DNA from: Vicinamibacterales bacterium
GTDB lineage: Bacteria; Acidobacteriota; Vicinamibacteria; Vicinamibacterales; JAMQPK01
Assembly: GCA_023717525.1 (NCBI GenBank)
Contig: JAMQPK010000220.1
Coordinates: forward strand, 8,604-72,603
Length of the DNA: 64,000 bases
Reading direction: 5' to 3'
The notes under the pieces were generated by a model. The model made no database searches. It was not told the DNA's origin and worked only from the letters and a program-made list of their open reading frames with translations. Shown one piece after another: positions 1 through 9,786 of the stretch. Position 1 is the first letter of the stretch; the number at the start of each line of letters is the position of its first letter. The position numbers and the translations under genes were made by a program.

Positions 1-256
1 ACCAATCGTTGCCGCGATTGTCGGCATTCAACTGCCAGTTGTACCGCGTCGTGTTGTTGCCGCCGTTCCGGTTCAGCGGTGTATTCAGATCGTTCAGCTG
101 CGCGGTCGTGGCATGCGCAACGCCGTAGACGTTTGGGTTGATCGCGTGGCGCCCAACCGCGGTGTCGACGTTGATGCTCACGCCCGGATTCTGGGCGTGA
201 ACCGGGCGTGCCCAGGCGAGCAGAATCAGAACGAGCAGGCCGTTGCGCGCACGCAT
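1..256 (-). CDS. Secreted glycoside hydrolase family 44 (endoglucanase/xyloglucanase), 5' part only; runs off the window edge
   Basis: Not in the ORF track; translated by hand from ATG 256: MRARNGLLVLILLAWARPVHAQNPGVSINVDTAVGRHAINPNVYGV...RNGGNNTTRYNWQLNADNRGNDW. Has a signal peptide plus the GH44 N-terminal signature R-x-GGN-xx-T-x-YNW-xx-NA-x-N-x-G-x-DW. Confidence 0.8.
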   Translation of the reverse strand, partial: MRARNGLLVLILLAWARPVHAQNPGVSINVDTAVGRHAINPNVYGVAHATTAQLNDLNTPLNRNGGNNTTRYNWQLNADNRGNDW

Positions 257-272
257 GCTTGCGCGGGTAGGA

Positions 273-288
273 GGCACGATCCGTGCCG
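273..288 (-). promoter_or_regulatory. Putative sigma-54 (-24/-12) promoter of the GH44 gene
   Basis: Minus strand CGGCACGGATCGTGCC = GG-N10-GC with GGCACG; the -12 element ends 17 nt upstream of the ATG. The site is palindromic. Confidence 0.55.
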
Positions 289-373
289 GTTCGAAGCTCG
301 CGTCATCTTGCCGGGTCTTGAGGGCCGCAACGGACTTGCGGCATCGCGGAACGTCGCTGGATTTACAAAACCG

Positions 374-2497
374 TCAATTGCCAACTTCGAAAGGCACTTG
401 CTGAACGGCGGCCTGGTTGCCTGCGCGAGAGGCAGCCCTCACCATGAGCACGTACTTGCCGGCTGCGACGCCTTTCAGCGGAATTTCGACCTTGTACCAC
501 TCGGCAGCGGCCCTGGTATTGGCCGGGATCGCCCGCTCCTCGTGTTTCTGGAACGCGACGCGATCATTGTCGGCGCTGCGAATCGTTGTTGTAACGTCAA
601 AGGTATGTGCCAGACGCGACGAATTGTCATAGACCTGCCCGGCCACCACGATCGTGTCGCCCTGGCCGAACAATCGGATGGCCGTCGGCGGCGCCGCCAG
701 CACATCGGTGAGCAGCGGATCGGGCCGCACCGTCATGATTCCGCCACTACGCGACGACGTCAGGATAAGGCCGCTCAGTGCGAAGGGTGCTTTCGTGTAG
801 TCGGGCATTTCCAGATCGTAGGGGACTGTCCCGACACTCTTGCCGACCGAGTCGTGCGCACCCACGCGAATCTGGTAGCGCGAAGGGGGCAGATTCAGCC
901 GTGCAAGAAGGCGCACGCCTCCGCGGCTGACGACAGCGTGGGCGTCGTCCCGCAAATTCAGACTGAATTTCTGCAGCTTCGAGTCGGCCAGCTTGCCCTG
1001 GTAGTCGACGGCGGTGATTGAGATCTCGATCTGGTCGTTGAACGTGTCACCTGTGTGCTCGAATTTCAGATCGGGCCCGTTGAGCTCCACCGCGAGCAGC
1101 ACCGACCCTTTGCGGTCGTCACCTTTGAACGGCGCGGCGAACACGCGGATCGGTAGCGTGCCGACCGGCAGCGGGTTCTTCAACGCCTCGATCAATGCCG
1201 GTGACGCGCCGCCGGCCGCAGCCGCCTCGCGCGGTTTGGGCGCTGTTTTTGGATTCAGGGGCATGTAACCTTTGCGCGCCCTGACCTTCAATCCCGGACG
1301 CGTGACGCGAACCTCGATCTTTCTGAACCTGCCTGGGGATCGGCTGGAGTCACTGTGATAACCGATCAGGTAGTACGTGCTGGTCTCCCGGGCAATGCGC
1401 GCGAGGGCGCCCGCAATGTCGTTGCTCCGTACGGCGGCCGTTCCACCCGTCTCGTCGGCCAGCGCAATGAGGCTTTCCTGGCTCAGCAACAGCTCGCGGC
1501 CGAATGCACCGGGGCCGACTTCCGCCACCTGCGGATCGCCGAGACTGCTCGTACTGGCGAGGATGTCGTCGCCGCCGCTTGCGAGCCCGCGAGGGTCGAC
1601 GGCGTAGATGCTGACGTTGGCGCGCTGGGCCGCAGCGATGGCGTCGCGCGCGCGACTGAGCAGTGTGCCCGCCGATCGGTTATTGAACATGTCGTAGATG
1701 TCGTAGTCGATGCCCTCGCTGAAGAGCAGCATCGCTTTACGGCGGCCCTGCAGGTCTGTCATCCAGCCGGCAAGATTCGTTATTAAGTCGAACATGCTGC
1801 GCGCATTCATCGCCCGCTCGGCTTCGGCTGGATCGGAGATGGGGTCGCGGCTCTGCGAGCTCGACGCGCTCGGATCAGTTGCATCACCTTGCGTGCTGCG
1901 ATCGAGCAGGTGGATAGCCAGCCTTTCCGTTGCCGCCGAGGGAATCTTCTGTCCCATGAACCGATCGACGGCCTGCAGCAGCAGGCGGCGGTTGTTCGTC
2001 AGCTCCTGAGTCCCGTCCAGCCGTCCGCTCGCCTGCACGACTGCGGTGAGATCGTTGGGACCCACGTACTGTTCAATGAACCGCTTCGCTGCGTTGCGGA
2101 CGACCGGTGTGCGGGTAAGGGTCGTGTGAAGGTCGTCCAGCACCAGCACGTACAAGCGTCCGTCGAACGTGCGTCTGGTGGACTGTACGTCGGGTTCGAA
2201 AGCGGCCGCCCTCGCAATCGCTGCCGGCGACGGGAGCGGAAGATCCACGAGTGCGAAGACCGACGGCACCTGCCGTTTGCCGTCCTCGTAGATTTCAAAG
2301 TCGCCTTTGGACAGGCTGGTCACGGGATTTCCGCGCTCGTCTGTCACCACCGCGTCGATTTCGACGAAATTCGCATCGGCCCGGAATGTGGCCAACGGGC
2401 TCTGCGGGTCTTCCGGCGGTGGCGGCTGCTGCGCGCGTCCAGCCGCAATCCAGACAGCAGAAAAGGCGACCGATACGATCAGTGCTTTGCGGAGCAT
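374..2497 (-). CDS. VWA domain-containing protein (Acidobacteria VWFA-related type), secreted
   Basis: Start moved to MLRKALIV (signal peptide, AGGA upstream). Shows FRADANFVEIDAVVTDERGNPV..L.K.DF.IYEDGK.Q, RKAMLLFSEG, LADETGG and YYLIGY..GRFRKIEVRV..PGLKVRARKGY, all typical of this family. Confidence 0.85.
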   Translation of the reverse strand: MLRKALIVSVAFSAVWIAAGRAQQPPPPEDPQSPLATFRADANFVEIDAVVTDERGNPVTSLSKGDFEIYEDGKRQVPSVFALVDLPLPSPAAIARAAAFEPDVQSTRRTFDGRLYVLVLDDLHTTLTRTPVVRNAAKRFIEQYVGPNDLTAVVQASGRLDGTQELTNNRRLLLQAVDRFMGQKIPSAATERLAIHLLDRSTQGDATDPSASSSQSRDPISDPAEAERAMNARSMFDLITNLAGWMTDLQGRRKAMLLFSEGIDYDIYDMFNNRSAGTLLSRARDAIAAAQRANVSIYAVDPRGLASGGDDILASTSSLGDPQVAEVGPGAFGRELLLSQESLIALADETGGTAAVRSNDIAGALARIARETSTYYLIGYHSDSSRSPGRFRKIEVRVTRPGLKVRARKGYMPLNPKTAPKPREAAAAGGASPALIEALKNPLPVGTLPIRVFAAPFKGDDRKGSVLLAVELNGPDLKFEHTGDTFNDQIEISITAVDYQGKLADSKLQKFSLNLRDDAHAVVSRGGVRLLARLNLPPSRYQIRVGAHDSVGKSVGTVPYDLEMPDYTKAPFALSGLILTSSRSGGIMTVRPDPLLTDVLAAPPTAIRLFGQGDTIVVAGQVYDNSSRLAHTFDVTTTIRSADNDRVAFQKHEERAIPANTRAAAEWYKVEIPLKGVAAGKYVLMVRAASRAGNQAAVQQVPFEVGN

Positions 2498-2546
2498 GTG
2501 TGGTCCTGAGCTCATCATAAGACATGTTTCGTGGTTTAATGCCGCC

Positions 2547-3674
2547 ATGTTCCTGCTGGCTTCACTTGTCGCAGTTTCGGCCGCGATTGCCGCAGATCTG
2601 CCTGCCGGCCAGATAGTCGACCGAGTGACCTGCACGGCCGATCCCTCGCAGAGCTATGCGCTCTTCGTTCCGAGCAACTACACCCCATCGCGATTGTGGC
2701 CTGTGATTTTCGCGTTCGATCCGGGCGGGCGCGGACGCGTTCCCGTGGAACGGTATCAGGTCGCTGCCGAGCGTTACGGCTTCATCGTCGTCGGGTCCAA
2801 CAACTCCCGCAATGGTTCGGCCGATATCGCCAGAATCCTTTCCGCCATGACCTCCGATGTCGAGACTCGCTTTGCCATCGACGCGAAGCGGGCGTATATG
2901 GCCGGCATGTCTGGCGGTGCTCGGGTGGCGCTCGGGGTGGCGATTGCCTCGAAGGACATTGCCGGCGTCATCGCTTCGAGTGCGGGATATCCCGACGGGC
3001 GTCTGCGGAAAACGCTGCCGTTCCCGGTGTTCGCCACCGCGGGAACGGAAGACTTCAACCACCTCGAAATGCGCCAGTTCGACCAGGCGCTGACCTCGGC
3101 TCACCATCTCGCGATTTTCAGGGGCGGCCACGTCTGGCTGTCGAGCGAGTTGGCGCTCGAGGCCGTGGAGTGGATGGAGCTGCAGGCGATGAAGACCGGC
3201 CGGAAGCCTCGCGACGATGGCGAGATCGATCGGTTGTTCGCCGCGCGTAAAGCCGCGATCGATGTGAGCAAGGTAGACAAGGAAACCTACCTGGCGTTGC
3301 TGGCCATCGCCGACGATTTCCAGGGACTTCGGGATGTGTCGGCTCTCGCGGCGCGGGCGACCGAGCTTGGGCGCGACAGGAACATTCGCGCGGCGATAAA
3401 GAAGGATGCTGATGACGATCACCGTGAAGAAGCAATCCTGCGCGAAGTGACGGCGTCTGTGGCACGGCTCACCTCTGACGACAGGCTGGAAGCGCTTGCC
3501 TCGCTTCGACAGAAATGGAAGGAGCTATCGGCGCAGGCGAAGGACCCGGTCGACTCGGCGGAGCGGCAGCTGGCGCGGCGTGTGCTCGGGGCACTGAGTG
3601 CGGACGCGACGAAGGATCCGGAGTACTTGAAGATCATTGCGGAGTATCGACTGGGACGAGGAGGGGTGCAGTGA
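2547..3674 (+). CDS. Secreted alpha/beta hydrolase (esterase/phospholipase-like) with a helical C-terminal extension
   Basis: Signal peptide MFLLASLVAVSAAIAA; YALFVPSNY..WPVIFAFDPGG; nucleophile elbow GMSGG; GGH near the end of the catalytic domain. Confidence 0.75.
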   Translation: MFLLASLVAVSAAIAADLPAGQIVDRVTCTADPSQSYALFVPSNYTPSRLWPVIFAFDPGGRGRVPVERYQVAAERYGFIVVGSNNSRNGSADIARILSAMTSDVETRFAIDAKRAYMAGMSGGARVALGVAIASKDIAGVIASSAGYPDGRLRKTLPFPVFATAGTEDFNHLEMRQFDQALTSAHHLAIFRGGHVWLSSELALEAVEWMELQAMKTGRKPRDDGEIDRLFAARKAAIDVSKVDKETYLALLAIADDFQGLRDVSALAARATELGRDRNIRAAIKKDADDDHREEAILREVTASVARLTSDDRLEALASLRQKWKELSAQAKDPVDSAERQLARRVLGALSADATKDPEYLKIIAEYRLGRGGVQ

Positions 3675-4828
3675 CACGCGTCGTCGTTCTTGGTGCGGGT
3701 TTTGGCGGTCTCGAGCTGACGACGATACTGTCCGATGCTTTTGGCGATGCGATTGACATCGTCCTCATCGACAAGAGCGACGCGTTCGTCTTCGGGTTCG
3801 CGAAGCTCGATGTGATGTTCGGGCGGCGGATGCCTGCCGCCATTCGTCATCCTTATCGCGACATCGTCAAGCCCGGTGTGCGGTTTCTGCAATCAGCCGT
3901 GCGCTCCATCGATCCGTCGGCCCGGCGCGCCGTGACTGACGCCGGCACGTTCGACGCGGATGTCCTGGTAGTGGCGCTCGGCGCAGATCTTGATCCGGCG
4001 GCAACTCCCGGTCTCGTCGAGGGTGGCCACGAGTTTTACTCGGTGGCCGGAGCCGTAGCCCTGCGCGACGTGCTTCAACGATTCGAGCGGGGGCCGGCCA
4101 TCATCGGCGTCACAGGGAAATCGTTCAAGTGCCCACCAGCTCCAAGCGAGACGGCGCTGCTGTTGCACGACTATCTCACCGAACGTGGACGCCGCGAGGC
4201 GACCGATATCGCAGTCGTGATGCCCTTCGGCACGCCCATTCCTCCGTCGCCCGACACGTCGCGAGCCATCCTTGCCGCCTTCGCGGAGCGCGGTATCAAG
4301 TTTGTGAAAGACAACCTCGTTCGGGCTCTCGATACGGGGCGAAAGGTGGCTGTGCTGAGCGATGGAACCGAGATGCCCTACGAGCTGTTTCTTGGTGTGC
4401 CCGTGCATCGTGTGCCGGCGGTCGTCGTCGAGTCGGGGCTCGCTGTCGATGCGTTTGGATGGGTGCCAGTCAACAAGAAGACACTGGAAACGAGTTTCCC
4501 TGGGGTATACGCCGTGGGCGACGTGAACGGCGTAGGCACGCCGAAGGCAGGTGTTTTCGCGGAGGGAGCGGCACGCGTTGTGGCGGCGGCCATCATCGCG
4601 CAGATCCGCGGAGGGGCGTCACCTGGGCCTTATAACGGGGCAGGTTCGTGCTACGTAGAGTTCGGCCATGACCAGGTAGGGCGTGTCGACGTGGATTTCT
4701 TGAGCGGTCCGAAACCCACAGGTACTTTTCAGGAGCCTTCAGCGGCGCTCGTCGCGGAGAAGCTTCACTTTGGATCGAGCCGGCTCCAGCGCTGGTTCGG
4801 GAACCTGCCGGCAGGGATGACTCGGTAA
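3671..4828 (+). CDS. sqr: Sulfide:quinone oxidoreductase-like FAD-dependent oxidoreductase
   Basis: GTG start overlaps the upstream stop. Rossmann motif VVVLGAGFGG, KCPPAPSE, VYAVGDV, PKAGVFAE, and a second Cys in GSCYVEFG. Confidence 0.75.
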   Translation: MTRVVVLGAGFGGLELTTILSDAFGDAIDIVLIDKSDAFVFGFAKLDVMFGRRMPAAIRHPYRDIVKPGVRFLQSAVRSIDPSARRAVTDAGTFDADVLVVALGADLDPAATPGLVEGGHEFYSVAGAVALRDVLQRFERGPAIIGVTGKSFKCPPAPSETALLLHDYLTERGRREATDIAVVMPFGTPIPPSPDTSRAILAAFAERGIKFVKDNLVRALDTGRKVAVLSDGTEMPYELFLGVPVHRVPAVVVESGLAVDAFGWVPVNKKTLETSFPGVYAVGDVNGVGTPKAGVFAEGAARVVAAAIIAQIRGGASPGPYNGAGSCYVEFGHDQVGRVDVDFLSGPKPTGTFQEPSAALVAEKLHFGSSRLQRWFGNLPAGMTR

Positions 4829-4884
4829 AAAACACCCTCTCGCAGTCGAACAGCTCAAATACCCCGAAATAGCTGGCCTCGCGT

Positions 4885-4900
4885 TTGGCAAGGAAGTTGA
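4885..4900 (+). promoter_or_regulatory. Possible sigma-54 promoter of the trehalose operon (GA variant at -12)
   Basis: TTGGCAAGGAAGTTGA = GG-N10-GA, ending 16 nt before the TTG start. Confidence 0.35.
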
Positions 4901-4916
4901 AAACCCCGCCTCCGAG

Positions 4917-7175
4917 TTGAAGCTTAGCCTCCGGCTGATAGCGCTGCTCGTCGCAGGCATCACCACTGTGGTCATCGTGGCCGCGTGGAGCGAGGTGCGT
5001 GCCGAAGAGTTCGCGTTGCAGGTGGAGCTGCAGCAGCGCGCTGAAATCGTCGCCGATCGCCTTCGCGATGCCCTCGAACCAGCAATAACCTCTCAGTCTG
5101 GGAAACAGCTAGGGAGCCTCGTCGCGCGATTGGTCGCGCGCGAGAGGCTCAGCGGCCTGGTGGTTTACGACACCAACAAAGAGCCACTCGCCGCGAGCGG
5201 AGCAGTCAACGAGGCTCTGGGCAGGCACTTTGGTGTTGAAGCCGACTGTGCCGCAACTTTGCCAGGATGCGGCGAGTTCGTTTCCCTGGGTGGCCGGCCG
5301 GTGTATGCATTCACGACACCCCTGCATGGCGGCTTCAAAACGATCGGGATGCTGGCGGTGTTTCTCGACGCGAGCGCCATCAGCGCTACCTCTGGGCGCG
5401 TCTGGCGAAGCGCGGTGCTGTTCATCGTCCCTCAAGTGGCGCTGATCGCGCTGATTACGTACTTCGTCATGAGGTCAGCGGTGCTCTCGCCGATTGCACG
5501 GACGGCGCGATGGATGAGAGATCTGCGATTTGGCCGCGCAGCACCCACCGAGGATTCAGGGAGAGGGGGTTTGCTCGACCCTATTGCGTCTGAGGCAGCC
5601 AGCCTTGTTCAAAGCCTTGTGTCGGCTCAAGCGAGCGCCGAGGCGGAGGCGCGGCTCCGTGAGGCGCACGACTCGCTTTGGACGCCCGACCGTTTGCGTG
5701 TCGGCATGCAGGAACGGTTGCGGGGCACGCGGCTGTTCGTCGTGTCCAACCGGGAGCCGTACGAGCACGTGCGCCGTGGAAGAGGCATCGAGACACTCGT
5801 TCCGGCCAGCGGTGTGGTGACGGCCCTCGAGCCCGTGTTGTGCGCGTGCGACGGCACGTGGGTGGCGCACGGCTCCGGCAACGCAGACCGCGAGGTCGTG
5901 GATCACCAGTCCCATCTGCGCGTGCCAGCCGATGATGCGCGCTACACGCTGCGTCGCGTCTGGCTTACTCCTGAAGAAGAAGAGGGCTACTACTTCGGGT
6001 TTGCGAATGAGGGGCTCTGGCCGTTGTGCCACATTGCGCATACGCGCCCGATTTTCCGCGTGGACGACTGGAACCAGTACCGGGAAGTGAATTTCAAGTT
6101 CGCGCAGGCCGTGCTCGAGGAAATGCAGAACGTCGAGCGGCCGATGCTTCTCGTCCAGGATTACCACCTCGCGTTGTTGCCGCGGCTTGTGAAAGAGGTA
6201 CGGCCGGATGCCCGGGTGGCGATGTTCTGGCACATCCCCTGGCCGAATCCCGAGGCGTTCGAGATCTGCCCGTGGCAGCAGGAGTTGCTCGACGGCATGC
6301 TTGGCGCGGACCTCGTCGGGTTCCACATTCAGGCGCACTGCCACAATTTCCTGGAGACCATCGACCGGTGCCTCGAATGCCGCGTCGAGTGGGAACGCTC
6401 GACCGTCCAGCGGCATCAGCATGCGACGGTCGTGCGGCCGTACCCGATCAGCGTGGCGTTTCCGGAGAGCACGCTAGATGAGCTCGATCGCTGGGCGGGC
6501 GCCCCAGGCCAGCCCGCCAGCCGACTGAAGTTCCAGACGGCTGCATTTCTCGGCGCCGGCGTCGACCGCGTCGACTACACAAAGGGCATCATCGAGCGTT
6601 TTCTGGGCATCGAGCGGTTTCTCGAGAAGTACCCGCAGTACCTCGAGATGTTCACATTCGTGCAAATTGGTGCGCCGAGCAGAACTCGAATCAGGCGGTA
6701 TCGGGATTTCATGGCCGAAGTGCAGAACGAGGCCGATCGAATCAACCGCCGCTTCAGCACCAATGGGTGGCAGTGCATTCAGCTGCTCGGCAAGCAGCAC
6801 ACTCACAAGGAAATCACCGACTTGTATCGAGCGGCTCAATTGTGCCTGGTGACATCACTCCACGACGGGATGAATCTCGTGGCCAAGGAATTCGTCGCCA
6901 GCCGCGACGACGATGACGGCGTATTGATACTGAGCCAGTTCACGGGCGCAAGCCGTGAACTGCTCGACGCGTTGCGCGTCAACCCATACGACATCGAACA
7001 GCTGGCCGAGTCGATCCGGATCGCGATCGAGATGCCACTCGAGGAGCGACAACGCCGGATGCGGCATATGCGTCGAACCGTCAAGGACCACAACGTGTAT
7101 CGATGGGCCGCCGATCTCATCTCTGGGCTCGCGGAGATCCGGCTCGAGGTTCCGGATGTGACGGAGGTGCACTAG
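4917..7175 (+). CDS. otsA: Trehalose-6-phosphate synthase (GT20) with an N-terminal 2-TM periplasmic sensor/HAMP-like module
   Basis: GT20 motifs VVSNREPY, SGVVTAL, YYFGFANEGLWPLCH, QDYHL, FWHIPWP, DRVDYTKGI and HDGMNLVAKEFVA. The first ~250 aa read TM - soluble domain - TM - PIARTARWMRDL (HAMP-like). Confidence 0.9.
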   Translation: MKLSLRLIALLVAGITTVVIVAAWSEVRAEEFALQVELQQRAEIVADRLRDALEPAITSQSGKQLGSLVARLVARERLSGLVVYDTNKEPLAASGAVNEALGRHFGVEADCAATLPGCGEFVSLGGRPVYAFTTPLHGGFKTIGMLAVFLDASAISATSGRVWRSAVLFIVPQVALIALITYFVMRSAVLSPIARTARWMRDLRFGRAAPTEDSGRGGLLDPIASEAASLVQSLVSAQASAEAEARLREAHDSLWTPDRLRVGMQERLRGTRLFVVSNREPYEHVRRGRGIETLVPASGVVTALEPVLCACDGTWVAHGSGNADREVVDHQSHLRVPADDARYTLRRVWLTPEEEEGYYFGFANEGLWPLCHIAHTRPIFRVDDWNQYREVNFKFAQAVLEEMQNVERPMLLVQDYHLALLPRLVKEVRPDARVAMFWHIPWPNPEAFEICPWQQELLDGMLGADLVGFHIQAHCHNFLETIDRCLECRVEWERSTVQRHQHATVVRPYPISVAFPESTLDELDRWAGAPGQPASRLKFQTAAFLGAGVDRVDYTKGIIERFLGIERFLEKYPQYLEMFTFVQIGAPSRTRIRRYRDFMAEVQNEADRINRRFSTNGWQCIQLLGKQHTHKEITDLYRAAQLCLVTSLHDGMNLVAKEFVASRDDDDGVLILSQFTGASRELLDALRVNPYDIEQLAESIRIAIEMPLEERQRRMRHMRRTVKDHNVYRWAADLISGLAEIRLEVPDVTEVH

Positions 7176-7177
7176 TC

Positions 7178-7843
7178 GTGGCAGCCAACATCCGAGCGAA
7201 GCGTCCTTTCCGGTTTTCGACGGCGTCGTACATCACGCGCATCGACAACGAACGCGCGATGAACCTGGGTCAGCTGCGCGAGGGGCTGGCGCGATGCAGC
7301 GATGCGTCAGTCTTCTATCACACGTTTCAAAGCCTCGGACGCCACCACTTTCTCACCGAAGGGTTCTCCAACGATTTCGCGCAGTGGGTTCTGGCCGCCG
7401 TCAATCTTCCCGGGCTGGCAGAACAGCTTGGCGGGCTCGATATTCGAAACTACGTCGACCTCAGCACCCTTCGCAGCGATGCGCTGCGCATCATCGATGA
7501 GTTTTGCCTCGCCCATCCGGACGATGAGAGGTCGCCCGCATTCGAGCCGTTCTACTTTCTGTCCAGCGTCGAGGTGCTGGTCCCTCTTGGCGTGGAGGCG
7601 TGGACCCTCGACGAATTTCGGTACTGGCTCGAGCGGGCCAGCCACACGTCGTTTCATTTTCATTTTCTGGTGTCACGACTCCGGTTGCATCTCCAATCGA
7701 ACGATTTTTCCGTGTGGTTCAAGGAGGAGCTCGGCCTCGAGCGGCTGGCACGCCTGACCGAACGCATCGATATCTGTACCGACACGCTCGAGGGTGGACA
7801 GGCCAGACTCGTGGCCCTTATCGAACGGGAACTCGCCGCATGA
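7178..7843 (+). CDS. DUF5752-family protein (accessory gene of trehalose loci)
   Basis: Two internal repeats (S.FYH...NDFAQW / SFHFH...NDFSVW..EELG) and position between otsA and treT. Confidence 0.7.
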   Translation: MAANIRAKRPFRFSTASYITRIDNERAMNLGQLREGLARCSDASVFYHTFQSLGRHHFLTEGFSNDFAQWVLAAVNLPGLAEQLGGLDIRNYVDLSTLRSDALRIIDEFCLAHPDDERSPAFEPFYFLSSVEVLVPLGVEAWTLDEFRYWLERASHTSFHFHFLVSRLRLHLQSNDFSVWFKEELGLERLARLTERIDICTDTLEGGQARLVALIERELAA

Positions 7844-9069
7844 TCGCAACGACAGCGCCCCACCTCGTGTGCCTTGACGACTACGTCCCGATTCTCCGTG
7901 CGCAGGAGATCGACGATCTTCGTGCCCTCGCGAAGCGCCTTGCCGGGCGATCCGTCCAGATGGTCAATTCGACTGCCGTGGGCGGCGGCGTCGCCGAAAT
8001 TCTGAACCGGCTCATCCCGCTGATGTCGGAGCTCGGCCTCGTTCCCCGATGGGATGTCATCACGGGGGGCGCCGACTTCTTCGAGATCACGAAGGCATTT
8101 CACAACGCGCTGCATGGTGTGCCATTTGAGCCGCGCCCACATGATTTCGAGACGTTTCTCGCCTGCACCGAGCAGAATCGTCAACGCCTGCAGTTCGACG
8201 CCGAGTTCACGGTCATCCACGACCCGCAACCAGTCGCGCTGATCGACGCCAGGCCACCGCGGTCTGGCCATTGGATCTGGCGCTGCCACATCGACCTTTC
8301 GCGACCGAACGAGGGTGTGTGGGAATTTCTCAGGCCGTTCGTCTGCAAGTACGATGGTGCGCTGTTTTCTTCGCCGGAATTTTCACAGCAGTTGCCGATC
8401 CCGCAGTATCAGTTCTTTCCCTGCATCGATCCGCTATCGGACAAGAATCGCGAGGTCGAGGATGAAACCGTGCGCGAGGTCGTCGAACGTTTTGGCATCG
8501 ACCCCAAGCGCACGATCCTGACTCAGATCTCGCGCTTCGACAGGCTGAAGGACCCGATTGGCGTCCTCCGCGCGTACCAGATCGTCAAGCGATACGACGA
8601 TTGTCAGCTGGTGCTCGCCGGTGGCAGCGCCAGCGACGATCCGGAGGGTGGCGCCGTGCTGGCGGACGTGCGGGAAGCGGCTGGGAATGATCCAGACGTC
8701 CACATCCTCGATCTGCCTCCGTCGAGCGCGCTCGAGATCAACGCGCTTCAGCGTGCGTCCACGATTGTCATTCAGAAGAGCCTGCGCGAAGGGTTTGGGT
8801 TGACCGTCACTGAAGCGCTGTGGAAGAAGAAGCCTGTTGTCGCGTCTGCCGTCGGGGGAATTCCGGCCCAGGTCATTCACAAGCACACAGGCTTGCTGAC
8901 ACACTCGGTCGAAGGCACGGCGTACCAGATCCGATTTCTACTGGCGAATCCGGCACTCGCGCAGCGGCTCGGGGAGCAGGGCCACGAACACGTTCGCGAG
9001 CACTTTCTCATTACGAGCAATGTGAGACGTTATCTGGCGTTGTTTCTCTTTCAGGCGCGGGAGAACTAG
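7840..9069 (+). CDS. treT: Trehalose synthase TreT-like glycosyltransferase (GT4)
   Basis: VNSTAVGGGVAEIL, TKAFHNALHG, IHDPQP, WRCHID, SRFDRLKDPIGV, QKSLREGFGLTVTEALWK; ATGA overlap with the upstream gene. Confidence 0.88.
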   Translation: MIATTAPHLVCLDDYVPILRAQEIDDLRALAKRLAGRSVQMVNSTAVGGGVAEILNRLIPLMSELGLVPRWDVITGGADFFEITKAFHNALHGVPFEPRPHDFETFLACTEQNRQRLQFDAEFTVIHDPQPVALIDARPPRSGHWIWRCHIDLSRPNEGVWEFLRPFVCKYDGALFSSPEFSQQLPIPQYQFFPCIDPLSDKNREVEDETVREVVERFGIDPKRTILTQISRFDRLKDPIGVLRAYQIVKRYDDCQLVLAGGSASDDPEGGAVLADVREAAGNDPDVHILDLPPSSALEINALQRASTIVIQKSLREGFGLTVTEALWKKKPVVASAVGGIPAQVIHKHTGLLTHSVEGTAYQIRFLLANPALAQRLGEQGHEHVREHFLITSNVRRYLALFLFQAREN

Positions 9070-9721
9070 GCTTGCCCATCAACAAGCGGTTCTTCGGCGT
9101 GATCTGGGGTGGAATGGCCTGCGTCCAGATTTGATATCCCTGTTGTGTCAGTCGCATCGCACGGACGATGTCTATCGCGACAGGACCGTCAACCCATCCC
9201 GAGAGCCCGCCTGCATCGCCTGCGTCAAGGTCGTGACAGCACGGCAGTACCGCAACCCGCGCCGAAGCGGCGACAGCTCGATCGAGCACCAGGTCGGTAA
9301 GAGCTCCGCACGCATGGCTCGAAACGACGATGTCGGTCGGGAGAAGTTCGACGTCTTCGAGCGGACCTTCAACAAATGCAATACGCCCTGAAAGCCGCGG
9401 CCACGCAACGACGAGCGTTTCGTGCAGCCTGGCCGTCGAGACCGGCAGTTTCTTGTCGACGACGAGGGCGCTCGGCGACGAATCGTCCAGCAGGACCATG
9501 ATCTGGGCGAGCAGGCCGTGCCCTCCGGCCAGATCAATGATGCGCCCTCCGCGAAAGTGCCGTCGAACACGCCGCGCCATCTCCCAGGCTTCGTACAACT
9601 CCTTGCGCGGCAAGCATCCAGCGTGGCAGACGGCGCGCGCCACGCGATGAAAAAGCGTGCCGCCGGGAAAGCGGCCGACGTCCCGATCGGTCAGGCGTCC
9701 GCGGGAGGCTGGTGAGAACAT
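9011..9721 (-). CDS. SAM-dependent methyltransferase (Methyltransf_32-like)
   Basis: [24 protein letters not shown] and ITPKNRLL motifs. Confidence 0.75.
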   Translation of the reverse strand: MFSPASRGRLTDRDVGRFPGGTLFHRVARAVCHAGCLPRKELYEAWEMARRVRRHFRGGRIIDLAGGHGLLAQIMVLLDDSSPSALVVDKKLPVSTARLHETLVVAWPRLSGRIAFVEGPLEDVELLPTDIVVSSHACGALTDLVLDRAVAASARVAVLPCCHDLDAGDAGGLSGWVDGPVAIDIVRAMRLTQQGYQIWTQAIPPQITPKNRLLMGKPSSPAPERETTPDNVSHCS

Positions 9722-9786
9722 GCATCACACAGTACACCTTGGAACCAGGATCGCGGTTGGCACGTATACAGGAGAGCGAGGTGACC

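Noticed and set aside
9757-9772. TTGGCACG sigma-54 -24 box upstream of the PspC gene
   Set aside because: The -12 position reads GG, not GC/TTGC; attractive given psp biology but unsupported.
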